Shown here: positions 19,501 through 33,142 of the stretch, piece by piece
How positions within the stretch are numbered: the first letter of the stretch is position 1
How the letters are laid out: each line of letters starts with the position of its first letter
Source of the DNA: Arcobacteraceae bacterium
Lineage (GTDB): Bacteria > Campylobacterota > Campylobacteria > Campylobacterales > Arcobacteraceae
DNA length: 64,000 nt
Assembly: GCA_963662945.1 (NCBI GenBank)
Contig: OY759974.1
Span: forward strand, 1,216,001 to 1,280,000
Direction: 5' to 3'
The notes under the pieces: generated by a model
The model's database searches: none
What the model was told of the DNA's origin: nothing
The model's input: the letters and a program-made list of their open reading frames with translations, nothing else
Translations under genes and position numbers: made by a program

Positions 19501-19950
19501 CCACATAGATGTTTAGCTGATTATTTTAAAACAAATGATTTTGATGTAGTAGGATTTACTTTTGTAAGTTCTGGTCTTAAAATAACAGACTATGAGAAAG
19601 ATATTTATGATAAAGGTGAGTTTGCTAAATATTATAATGTACATGGTCTTGGAGTTGAATTAGCTGAAGCATTAGCAGAAGTTGTACATAAACAAATAAG
19701 ATTAGATTTAAACATAGCTCAAACTGAAAAACCAACACTAAAAGATGTAGTTATGAAAGGCTACCAAGGATGTAGATACTCTCCTGGATATGCTGCTTGT
19801 CCAGACCTTGCTATGAATAGAACAATATTTGATTTACTTAAACCAGAAGAATTTGGTGTTGAATTAAGTGAAACATTTCAAATTCATCCAGAACAAAGTA
19901 CTGTAGCAATAGTTGTACCAAATAAAGAGGCTAAATATTTTAATATTTAG
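16504..19950 (+). CDS. metH: Cobalamin-dependent methionine synthase
   Basis: DGAMGT, GGCCGT, IGERSN, GDVHDVGKN, RYSPGY. Confidence 0.97.
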   Translation: MIKKQILELIKKKPLIIDGAMGTQLQTYKVPDEAWIDDKGISQEGCNELLNATAPEILEKIHNAYAYAGADLIKTNTFGTMPWVLDEYDMSHRCYELSKLGCEHVKKICDKYSTPEKPRFVLASIGPGTKLPSLGHIDYDTMYDGYKEMARGLVDGGADIFLLETCQDPLQIKAALHALQDFAPQIPIMVSVTIELSGSMLIGTDAQTIATILEPFDILSLGFNCGTGPEQVKKHLEVLSQYSDKYLSIHANAGLPQNKGGYTFYPMGPDEFATIQKTFLDFAGVSFLGGCCGTTPQHIKALADEVQDIQPKTPTGGHPTSLASLFQTVELKQNPAPLLIGERSNATGSKAFRELLKAEDFEGTLTVGQQQVRAGAHVIDVSVGFAGRDETIDMDEVVSRYAQKIQLPLMPDSTQIPALEKALKLIGGKPILNSVNLEDGIERFDEICQMAKKFGTSLVCLVIDEVAMAKTKEKKVEIAERIYQRAVNLHGLNPRDLVFDMLVFTIGSGDEEYHTAGIETIEAIREFTSMHPEISTTLGLSNISFGLNTHARVYLNSVFLHHCVEAGLSSAIVNVKHLLPMNKMSKEDIKACEDLLFNRREKGDPLFAFIEHFSDVGAVEQQTDEEYEKLSDKEKVIQLLKDGDKERLLPLAIQLKDNVPPELIVNEWLIEGMKEIGELFGSGVMQLPFVLQSAETMKACVDQLNPFLPKIEKESETTLVLGTVKGDVHDVGKNLVDIILSNNGFKVINIGIKANIESFIEESKKHNAHAIGMSGLLVKSTNEMKANLEELQNQNIKLPVILGGAALTKAFVDDFCRPIYDGAIFYARDAFDGVVAMQRIEKQLQTGADLDTNMAADLIVMDESLQKEEKVEFNSDLHTPLLLENKHNFTPPFWGRRDMSKDFDPSLAFEWINHRVLFRQRWGYKKGKMSPEEFIAHENDMVKPIYENLKDEFLDKGIFAPIALYGYFPCKANDTVLEIYDNEKENIIATFDFPRQGKSPHRCLADYFKTNDFDVVGFTFVSSGLKITDYEKDIYDKGEFAKYYNVHGLGVELAEALAEVVHKQIRLDLNIAQTEKPTLKDVVMKGYQGCRYSPGYAACPDLAMNRTIFDLLKPEEFGVELSETFQIHPEQSTVAIVVPNKEAKYFNI

Positions 19951-20684
19951 TGCCCTTCTTTATGCTCTTCTATATAGTGTGTAATTGCATCTTTAATATT
20001 CATTAATTTATTTGGATTTCCCTGTAAATTCTTAAAGTGTGCAGATACATCTTCATTATTCTCAATTTTTAAATCAGCTATTTTTGAACATATTTGTAAA
20101 AACACATTATAAGGTACATCATCTCCTCTTTTTAAAAAATAAATAGCCCTCTGTAACGATACAAAAGGATTTAAACTTACTTTTGAAAGATTATTTGATC
20201 TAGTATTTATATAATTAACAAACTCCATTCTCATATCACATTTAACAATAGTAAATAATCTTTTTTTTGTATTATAATTACATTCAAAAGCTATCTTTGT
20301 CGAATCAAAATCAAAACCATCTACAAGTTCTTTGAGAGTTGCTCCTTTAAATCTTTCTCTATAAACTAATTGATAAATATCATTTTTATATCTATAAGTA
20401 AATGAATTATTCTCATATTCAAAATAATCTTTATTCATAGCATCATTTAATAATAATCTATCTTCATTCGATGTGAAAAACAAATCTAAGTCCATAAATC
20501 TATCTGATTTTATACAAGAACCTGCCAGATAGCATTTGATATCTTTCTTTTTTATATTGCCAATAATTAATCTTTGAAAAAAATCATTTAACTTAATTGC
20601 AATATTATCTAGTCGATAATCCAAAAGTGATGCTTGATCATAAGAAAGTAACTCTTCATAATCTTTCCAAAAATTATAAATCAT
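19947..20684 (-). CDS. Uncharacterised protein with nucleotidyltransferase-like motifs
   Basis: YLAGS...DLDLFF, IYQLV, GFDF. Start moved to ATG 20684, with a GGAG RBS and TATAAT at 20720-20715. Confidence 0.7.
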   Translation of the reverse strand: MIYNFWKDYEELLSYDQASLLDYRLDNIAIKLNDFFQRLIIGNIKKKDIKCYLAGSCIKSDRFMDLDLFFTSNEDRLLLNDAMNKDYFEYENNSFTYRYKNDIYQLVYRERFKGATLKELVDGFDFDSTKIAFECNYNTKKRLFTIVKCDMRMEFVNYINTRSNNLSKVSLNPFVSLQRAIYFLKRGDDVPYNVFLQICSKIADLKIENNEDVSAHFKNLQGNPNKLMNIKDAITHYIEEHKEGH

Positions 20685-20842
20685 ATAGTCTCCATACTCT
20701 AAATTAATATGACTATTATAACTTAATTTGACAATAAAAGAGTAAAATATAAGAAGATAAAAAAGCAATAAAAGAAGAAATATAATAAGAAGCATAAGAG
20801 CTTCCTAAAAAAAGAAAGGCAAAAAAAAGAGACACCTTAAAA

Positions 20843-20958
20843 GTTGGCAGCGACCTACGTTTCCACCAGGGGACCCGGCAGTATTATCGGCGATGGAGAG
20901 CTTGACTACCAGGTTCGAAATGGGGCTGGGTATTTCCTCTCCTCTATAACCACCAACA
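20843..20958 (-). rRNA. rrf: 5S rRNA
   Basis: Conserved 5S sequence (CCCATTTCGAACC, GCCGAT) with paired ends; ends approximate. Confidence 0.93.
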
Positions 20959-21046
20959 TTTAAAATGTCTCATTTAAAAGTTGTGTATAAAGTAATACAG
21001 TTAAAGTCTTTGTTCTAAAGTAAAAATACATTCTAAATATATCTTA

Positions 21047-24057
<3,011 letters not shown>

Positions 24058-24214
24058 CTTCAATAAAATAATATTTAAAATTGTATTTTTATTTTCTTTA
24101 GAAAAATAAAGACTTTAACAGTATGTTTTTAAATAACTCTTTGATCTCTTTTGAAATCAAATATTAATTCTACAATTAGAACTAATATTTAACTTCTTCT
24201 GTATCTCTTTCCTA

Positions 24215-24290
24215 TGGTGGAGAATAGCGGGATCGAACCGCTGACCTCCTACGTGCAAGGCAGGCGCTCTCCCAGCTGAGCTAATTCCCC
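24215..24290 (-). tRNA. tRNA-Ala(UGC)
   Basis: GGGGAATTAGCTCAGCTGGGAGAGCG...TGC...CCA in the rRNA spacer. Confidence 0.97.
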
Positions 24291-24291
24291 A

Positions 24292-24368
24292 TGGTGGGCC
24301 TAACAGGACTTGAACCTGTGACCTCACGATTATCAGTCGAGCGCTCTAGCCAGCTGAGCTATAGGCCC
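24292..24368 (-). tRNA. tRNA-Ile(GAU)
   Basis: GGGCCTATAGCTCAGCTGG...CTGATAA...CCA, 1 nt upstream of tRNA-Ala. Confidence 0.97.
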
Positions 24369-24464
24369 ATGAATACTTAGTTAATAATGATCTCTCATTA
24401 TTGACTAGGATGTTTTAACATCTTTGTTAATAAATAATGTTCTGTTCTTTTAAGATTATTCATA

Positions 24465-26334
<1,870 letters not shown>

Positions 26335-26481
26335 CTTCTCAGTAATTTAAATAAACTTGATTTTATTTATTAACATTATTTTTTTTAAAGAACTTTTCCT
26401 AATTAATTTTTCTCTCTTCTTGAAGTTATTGAATCTAAACAACCCGTTTATACTCTCTTCTTAAAGTGTCTTACTTTAATT

Positions 26482-26518
26482 GGACGCGAATTATAATAAA
26501 ATTTTTTGGCTTTGTCAA
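26482..26518 (-). promoter_or_regulatory. rRNA operon sigma70 promoter
   Basis: TTGACA (26518-26513), 17-bp spacer, TATAAT (26495-26490), GC-rich discriminator TCGCGTCC. Confidence 0.85.
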
Positions 26519-26648
26519 GAGCTACAGCTTAAGTGTGGCTGAAATTTTGAAATTCTTTTTTATTGGGTAATTCTTCGTTAATATTTCTTTAGTAATATAC
26601 AGAAATTTTTGATATAATTGCACCTATATATATAAGAGGAATTTTTAA

Positions 26649-27836
26649 ATGAGTTTAGAAACTATTGATAAATCGTATGTATTAAATACATATGCAAGAA
26701 ATTATGTTAATTTTACAAAAGGTGTTAACGCTACATTATATAGTGATGATGGAAAAGACTTTATTGACTTTACAAGTGGTATAGGTGTTGTTTCATGTGG
26801 GCATGGAAATGAAAGAATTGCTAATGCTATTTGTAATCAAGTAAAAAACATTACACATATCTCAAATCTTTATGTTATAGAACCTCAAGCAAAACTAGCA
26901 CAAAAAATTGCACAACTTAGTGGTTATGATGTTGCTATGTTTTTTGCTAATAGTGGTGCTGAGGCAAATGAAGGTGCTATAAAAATAGCTAGAAAATATG
27001 GTAAAACAAAATTTGATAATAAAAAATATAAAGTTATTACATTAGAACATTCATTTCACGGAAGAACAATAACAACTGTTAAAGCAACAGGTCAAGGAGA
27101 TATGCATACTGATAACTTTACACCTTATCCAGAAGGTTTCTCATACAATGCAAGTATTAATGATGTTTATAACTCTATAGATAATGAAACTGTTGCTGTT
27201 ATGATAGAACTTGTACAAGGGGAAGGTGGTGTTCAACCATTACCAAAAGAAGAGGTACAAAAACTAGCAAAATATTTAAAAGAAAATAATATTTTACTTA
27301 TTATAGATGAAGTACAAACTGGTGCATTTAGAACTGGGGAATTTTTAGCATCTAACTTATATGACATAACACCAGACATCATCACTATGGCTAAAGGTGT
27401 TGGTAGTGGTGTTCCTATTGGTGTAGTTATGACAACACATAAAGATATCTTTTCTCCTGGAGATCATGGAAGTACTTTTGGTGGAAACTATTTAAGTACA
27501 GCTTCAGCTCTTGAAGCTTGTAGTATTTTAGATGAGCTTAAAAATAGTGGTAATTTAGATGAAACAATGATATATTTTGAAGAGAAGCTAAAAGCTTTTT
27601 ATGAAAATCATACAGATATCTTTACTGATATGGTAGGGCTTGGACTTATGAGAGGTTTAAGAGCAAAAGATAAAGATACTCTTATGGATGTTATACAAAA
27701 AGCTTTTAATAGTGGTGTCCTTGTATTAAAAGCGGGGAAGAATACATTAAGATTTTTACCACCACTTACTATAACAAAATCAGAAATTGATGAAGGTTTT
27801 ATAAGATTGGAGAAAGCTGTTGAAAAAACTATCTAA
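26649..27836 (+). CDS. argD: Acetylornithine aminotransferase
   Basis: NSGAEANE, FHGRT, QGEGG, DEVQTG, MAKG, HGSTFGGN. Confidence 0.93.
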   Translation: MSLETIDKSYVLNTYARNYVNFTKGVNATLYSDDGKDFIDFTSGIGVVSCGHGNERIANAICNQVKNITHISNLYVIEPQAKLAQKIAQLSGYDVAMFFANSGAEANEGAIKIARKYGKTKFDNKKYKVITLEHSFHGRTITTVKATGQGDMHTDNFTPYPEGFSYNASINDVYNSIDNETVAVMIELVQGEGGVQPLPKEEVQKLAKYLKENNILLIIDEVQTGAFRTGEFLASNLYDITPDIITMAKGVGSGVPIGVVMTTHKDIFSPGDHGSTFGGNYLSTASALEACSILDELKNSGNLDETMIYFEEKLKAFYENHTDIFTDMVGLGLMRGLRAKDKDTLMDVIQKAFNSGVLVLKAGKNTLRFLPPLTITKSEIDEGFIRLEKAVEKTI

Positions 27837-28995
27837 TTCACTACTACTTGCAAGCATATTTTGTACCACAACTGTTGTAGGAAATGAAGAGTTTTTATCT
27901 CAAACAAAAAAAGATATCCTAAACTATTCATATGAAAAAACTATCGAAGATAGTAGTAAGTTAAAACAAGATTGGATAAATCCCATTACTTATAAATATA
28001 TTTATAATGATGGTGAAGATTACAATACTGCAAAATCCTTAATTAGTGTATCTCAGCCTATTTTTAAAAGTGGAGGAATTTATTCTGCTATAAAATATGC
28101 TTCAAGTGTAGAAAGATATTCAAATACAGATATTGATACACAAAAAAAAGAGCTTATAAAACAAGTAATTAATCTATTATATCAAATCAAAAAAATTGAC
28201 ATTTCTATAGATAAACAAAAACTTTTAATTGATAATGCAAAACTTGATGTACAAAGAAAAAAAGAACAAGTTTTAAATGGAATACTTGATACTTCATTTT
28301 TAGACAATGCAATTATTGAAGCAAATACAAACGAAAATACATTAATTGATTTAGAATACCAAAAAACAGAACTAATCAATAGTTTATCAAATATCTCAGA
28401 CAAAAAATATGAGGAGTTAGAACTTCCTATTTTTACAATGATTACAAATGATAATTTTATTGAAAATAATATCTATATTAAAAAAGCTCAAGAAGATATA
28501 GAAACTTCTTATTGGATGAAAAACATGGTTACCTCTTCATATCTTCCAACTGTTAATTTTACAACGGATTATACGAAGTATCATGATACAGACAATAATC
28601 CAGCTTTAACAAAAGAGGGAACAACAAATGTTGGATTTAATATCACAATTCCCCTAGATGTAAGATTTTCATACGATATTCAAAGTAATAAAATAGCATA
28701 TTTACAAAAAAAACTTGCTCTTGAAGATAAACGAAAAGAAGAGATATCAATTTATAAAAACTCTTTAGCAAAAATTACTGGTTTGAATAAAAAAATTGTA
28801 ATTGCAAAAAACAATGTAGAGCTTTACAATTCTCTTCTAACACAACTTGAAGAACAATTAAGTGTAGGTATGAAAACTATCTCCGATGTTCAAACTATGG
28901 AAAACTCTAAAAAAATAAAAGCTTTAGATGTTAAAAGTTTAAAGATTGATATACAAATAGAACTTTTAGATATTTATTCAAGAATACAAAGTTAA
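27820..28995 (+). CDS. TolC-family outer membrane efflux protein
   Basis: Signal-like N-terminus; SQPIF..G, YLPTV, NITIPL and coiled coils. Confidence 0.75.
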   Translation: MKKLSNSLLLASIFCTTTVVGNEEFLSQTKKDILNYSYEKTIEDSSKLKQDWINPITYKYIYNDGEDYNTAKSLISVSQPIFKSGGIYSAIKYASSVERYSNTDIDTQKKELIKQVINLLYQIKKIDISIDKQKLLIDNAKLDVQRKKEQVLNGILDTSFLDNAIIEANTNENTLIDLEYQKTELINSLSNISDKKYEELELPIFTMITNDNFIENNIYIKKAQEDIETSYWMKNMVTSSYLPTVNFTTDYTKYHDTDNNPALTKEGTTNVGFNITIPLDVRFSYDIQSNKIAYLQKKLALEDKRKEEISIYKNSLAKITGLNKKIVIAKNNVELYNSLLTQLEEQLSVGMKTISDVQTMENSKKIKALDVKSLKIDIQIELLDIYSRIQS

Positions 28996-28996
28996 T

Positions 28997-30022
28997 ATGG
29001 ATAAACTGATTACATTTAGTCAATATTTCCAAGATTGGCTTTATTCAAAAGATGGATACTATTCAAACTATAAAACGATAGGAAAAGAGGGAGACTTTTA
29101 TACTGCTGTAAGTACAAGTCGCTTCTTTGGAGGGACTATAGGTAAAAGAGTTGTAGATATTATTGAAGAAGGATTTCTAAGTAAAAATGCGACCATAATT
29201 GAAATTGGTGCTCATCATGGATATTTACTTTCTGATATGATTCAATTTATATTTACATTAAATCCAATACTTATCAAAACACTCAAATTTGCTATTGTTG
29301 AAAGATATGAACACTTAAGAATCAAACAACAGGAGTACTTTCAACAATGTTTTGGAGATGAGATACAACTTATCCATTATAAAGATATTAGTGAAGTTCA
29401 AGAAACTGAAGCATTTATAATAGCCAATGAAATATTTGATGCCTTTCCTTGTGATTTAGTTTATACAAATGATAAAAATACTTTACAATATGGTGTTGTA
29501 GAAAATGACACTATACAATTTATAGATAATAATGATGAGTTTTTAAAAAACTATTGTCATACATATAAAGTTACTAAAGGTGAAGTATCTAGAGGAATTG
29601 AAGAGTTTGCACAACAGATGTGCACAAATATAAAAAAATTTGAATTTGTCACTTTTGATTATGGGGAAAAATATCCAAGAAATGACTTTTCTTGTAGAAT
29701 ATATGAAAAACATAATGTATATCCTTTATTTGATGAAAGTATACAATTAAAAGATTTATATAAAAAAAGTGATATCACTTATGATGTAAACTTTTCACAT
29801 ATAATTGACAGCTTTAAAAAAGCTGGTGCAACAAATTTAAGTTATGAGACTCAGTTGAAAGCACTTGTAAATTTTGGTATTATTGAACTTCTTGAAATAT
29901 TACATAAAAATGTAGATGAAGACACTTATCTTAGTGAAGCAAATAAAGTAAAAACGCTTCTCAATCCTATAGGAATGGGTGATAGGTTTAAAATGGCAAG
30001 TTTTAGGAAAGGTGAAGAATGA
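28997..30022 (+). CDS. MidA/NDUFAF7-family SAM-dependent methyltransferase
   Basis: GYY, GDFYTA, EIGA..G, ANEIFDAFP, DYG, DITYDVNF, MGDRFK. Confidence 0.88.
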   Translation: MDKLITFSQYFQDWLYSKDGYYSNYKTIGKEGDFYTAVSTSRFFGGTIGKRVVDIIEEGFLSKNATIIEIGAHHGYLLSDMIQFIFTLNPILIKTLKFAIVERYEHLRIKQQEYFQQCFGDEIQLIHYKDISEVQETEAFIIANEIFDAFPCDLVYTNDKNTLQYGVVENDTIQFIDNNDEFLKNYCHTYKVTKGEVSRGIEEFAQQMCTNIKKFEFVTFDYGEKYPRNDFSCRIYEKHNVYPLFDESIQLKDLYKKSDITYDVNFSHIIDSFKKAGATNLSYETQLKALVNFGIIELLEILHKNVDEDTYLSEANKVKTLLNPIGMGDRFKMASFRKGEE

Positions 30023-30219
30023 ATTTGATAATTAATGGTGAAAATAAATCTTTTGATGATAATTTTACCCTAGAACAAATCATTGATAAATTGATGATTA
30101 AAGACAAAGTTATGGCATGTGCTGTAAATATGGAAATAGTGAAAAAAGAAAATTGGAGTAACTATACCCCAAAAGAAGATGATAAATTAGAATTATTGCA
30201 ATTTGTAGGTGGTGGTTGA
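30019..30219 (+). CDS. thiS: Sulfur carrier protein ThiS
   Basis: 66-aa ubiquitin-like protein ending FVGGG. Confidence 0.9.
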   Translation: MNLIINGENKSFDDNFTLEQIIDKLMIKDKVMACAVNMEIVKKENWSNYTPKEDDKLELLQFVGGG

Positions 30220-30220
30220 T

Positions 30221-32299
30221 ATGGTTCATGATATAGGAAGTGTTTGTACTTATTGTGGTGTTGGATGTGATATAACAGCACAAGTTGAGGATAATAAAAT
30301 ATTAAAAATATATGCCCAAAGTGATGGATATGTAAGCCGAGGAAAACTTTGTATCAAAGGAAAATATGGTTTTGATTTTGTTGCATCAGATAATAGAATA
30401 CGAAATACAAGAATCAAAAAATCATTTATTGAAAAAAATCTTGAAGATTTTCCACAAGAGTTAAAAGCAAGAACACATACGTTATCATCTATTAATGAGG
30501 AATGGTATGAATCAAATTATGAATTAGCAACCTCAATTGCAGCTTGGAAACTTGGTCAAATAAAAGATACTTACGGAAGACACTCTTTTTGTGCCACAGG
30601 AGGTGCTAGAACCTCTTGTGAAAGTGGATTTTTACTTCAAAAATTCACAAGAGAGACTATGGAATCTCCACATATTGATAACTGTGCTAGAGTTTGTCAC
30701 GCACCAAGTTTAAATGGAATGGCAGCAACTATTGGAGAAGGTGCTGCTACTAATCCTTATGATGATATTTTTAAAACAGAATTTATGCTTGTGATTGGTT
30801 CAAATACAACAGAAGCGCATCCAATTGTAGCAAATCGTATGATAGAAGCAGCACGAGCAAAAACAAGTGAACTAGTTGTATGTGATGTAAGACAAATTCA
30901 GTTAAGCAAATTTGCAACAGATACTGTTGTTCTTCCATATGAATCAAACCTTTTATTTTTAAATGCAATTGCTTATGTAATACTCAATGAAAAACTTTAC
31001 AATCAAGAGTTTATTGATGCAAGAACAAAAGAATTTGAAGCATATAAAAACTCAATATTAAATGATGAAAAAGCAAATCCAGAGTATTTTAGAAATATAA
31101 AAGGATATGAAGAACTAGCCGACCAAATACCTGCAATTGCTAGAAAATATGCAACTTCAAAATCGATGATTTTTTGGGGATTAGGAATCACAGAAAATAT
31201 TGATGGTAGTTATGCTGTTATGGCTATGGTAAATCTAGCACTTATGACTGGAAATATTGGGAAAACTGGTGCTGGACTTATGCCTTTAAGAGGGCAAAAC
31301 AATGTTCAAGGAACCTGTGATATGGGTTGTCTTCCTTATTATGCTCCTGATTATCAAAAACCAAAAGAAGAAGGGTTAAAAACTCCTGATTTAATTGATG
31401 CAATGTTAGATAATAAAATAAAGGCAATGTTAGTTATGGGAGAAGACACAGCACATATCCATCCTAATCTTAATAAAATCAATAAAGCTTTAGAAAATTT
31501 AGAACTGATTATTACTCAAGATTTGTTTATGAATGAGATAGCTAAAAAATCAGACATAGTTTTTGGAGTAAAGTCAGCTTATGAAAAAACTGGTGTTTAT
31601 GTAAATGCGATGAGAAGATTGCACTTATCACAACCACTTGTAGAAAACAATTTACCAGATGATTGGCAAGTTTTAAGAGATATTGAAAACAAAATCAAAG
31701 GGGAGTTCCTCTTTAAATCAAGTGAAGATGTATGGGAACAAGTAAGAATCGAAGCTCCTTATAGATATGGTGGAGCTAGTTACCATAAACTTATGAAACA
31801 TAGAAGTAAAGGGATGCAATGGCCAGTTGCAAAAGATGATACTCCTATACTTCATCTTGAAAGTTTTAATACACCAGATGGTCTTGGAACTTTTAAATAC
31901 AATGGTTACCAACTACGAGGTCAGGTAAAAAAACTTATTGAAGGTGAAAAATTCGATACTTTTTATCTCACAACAGGAAGAAACCTTATTCACTATAACA
32001 ATGCAGCACAAACAAAAGAGACAGAAAAACTTTTTGAAAAACATAGTGAAGATACTATTTTAGCAAGTATTGAAGATAAAGATAAAATCAAATCAGAAAA
32101 AGTAATTCTAAAAACAATACATGGAGAGACAAAACCTCTTAGTATAAAATTTGTAAAAACTATTAAACCACAAACGCTCTTTTGTAGTTTTCATCATGCA
32201 AAATCTCATATGAACTATATCTTTGGTGATGAGAGCGATGTAAATACAAAAACAGCTTTATTTAAATCATTAGAAGTAAGTGTAGTAGAGGTAAACTAA
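30221..32299 (+). CDS. Molybdopterin oxidoreductase, formate dehydrogenase alpha (FdhF)-like, Cys-liganded, no Tat signal
   Basis: CTYCGVGC...LCIKG 4Fe-4S site, DNCARVCH, PLRGQNNVQG, LTTGR. Confidence 0.85.
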   Translation: MVHDIGSVCTYCGVGCDITAQVEDNKILKIYAQSDGYVSRGKLCIKGKYGFDFVASDNRIRNTRIKKSFIEKNLEDFPQELKARTHTLSSINEEWYESNYELATSIAAWKLGQIKDTYGRHSFCATGGARTSCESGFLLQKFTRETMESPHIDNCARVCHAPSLNGMAATIGEGAATNPYDDIFKTEFMLVIGSNTTEAHPIVANRMIEAARAKTSELVVCDVRQIQLSKFATDTVVLPYESNLLFLNAIAYVILNEKLYNQEFIDARTKEFEAYKNSILNDEKANPEYFRNIKGYEELADQIPAIARKYATSKSMIFWGLGITENIDGSYAVMAMVNLALMTGNIGKTGAGLMPLRGQNNVQGTCDMGCLPYYAPDYQKPKEEGLKTPDLIDAMLDNKIKAMLVMGEDTAHIHPNLNKINKALENLELIITQDLFMNEIAKKSDIVFGVKSAYEKTGVYVNAMRRLHLSQPLVENNLPDDWQVLRDIENKIKGEFLFKSSEDVWEQVRIEAPYRYGGASYHKLMKHRSKGMQWPVAKDDTPILHLESFNTPDGLGTFKYNGYQLRGQVKKLIEGEKFDTFYLTTGRNLIHYNNAAQTKETEKLFEKHSEDTILASIEDKDKIKSEKVILKTIHGETKPLSIKFVKTIKPQTLFCSFHHAKSHMNYIFGDESDVNTKTALFKSLEVSVVEVN

Positions 32300-33078
32300 A
32301 CTACACTTACCAATCCATTTTCAACTTTAATTCTTCCACTTAACTCATATTCAAAAACTTCACTTGGATATTTTTCCATCGCTTCATCATAGGTGGGGTT
32401 TTTTTTACAATAGAGTAAAAAATCATCTTCAACTCCACACTCATCAGTACAGATGCAAATACTATTTATAAACTTGTCTATATCATATATAGCTTTTGCT
32501 TGATTGTTTTCTAGAAGTTTATTTGTCCCTTCACTCTCTCCAATTCTATGGGGTAATACATAAATCTCTTTTTCCATCTTAAGCGCATACTCAACACTTC
32601 TCATCGTCCCACTATCAATATCTGCTTGAGTAACAATAAGTATATCTCCTAAAGCTACTACAAATTCATTACGTATTGGAAAATTATAATGAATAGAAGG
32701 TGTCTGGGGTTTAAATTGACTTAGCATTAAACCTTGTTGTTCGATGTCTTGGATAAGTCTATAATTTATCGTCGGATATCGAATATCCAAACCATTACCT
32801 GCAACTCCTATTGTGTTCTTTGCACCAGCTGATATATGAGCAATAGCATCAACACCCATGGCAGCACCACTTACTACTACAATATTATGTTGAGATAATT
32901 TTTTCGCTATATCATTTGTGTATTGTTTTGTATAAGGTGTAGGACGACGACTTCCTACTATGGAAACTTTTTTTCTTTTTAGAAGTTCTAGGTTTCCTAT
33001 ATAAAATATCTCTTTGGGATATTTTTTCATATTTTCTAGTTCTGGAACTGTAAAAGTTAATTGTTGTATATTATTCAT
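32296..33078 (-). CDS. dprA: DNA processing protein DprA
   Basis: IVGSR, VSGAAMGVD, FPIRN, SGT. Confidence 0.92.
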   Translation of the reverse strand: MNNIQQLTFTVPELENMKKYPKEIFYIGNLELLKRKKVSIVGSRRPTPYTKQYTNDIAKKLSQHNIVVVSGAAMGVDAIAHISAGAKNTIGVAGNGLDIRYPTINYRLIQDIEQQGLMLSQFKPQTPSIHYNFPIRNEFVVALGDILIVTQADIDSGTMRSVEYALKMEKEIYVLPHRIGESEGTNKLLENNQAKAIYDIDKFINSICICTDECGVEDDFLLYCKKNPTYDEAMEKYPSEVFEYELSGRIKVENGLVSVV

Positions 33079-33142
33079 AATACAAGTGTATCACAAATTA
33101 AATACTATCCTAAAAAAGATTTCAAATTGCAATATATTTATA

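Noticed and set aside
20685-20795. Hydrophobic N-terminal extension of the track ORF 19947..20795
   Set aside because: Low-complexity T-rich intergenic DNA; the promoter and RBS point to ATG 20684
30221-32299. Selenocysteine recoding in the FDH-like gene
   Set aside because: The ligand position is a Cys codon (TGT in ARVCH) and there is no in-frame TGA
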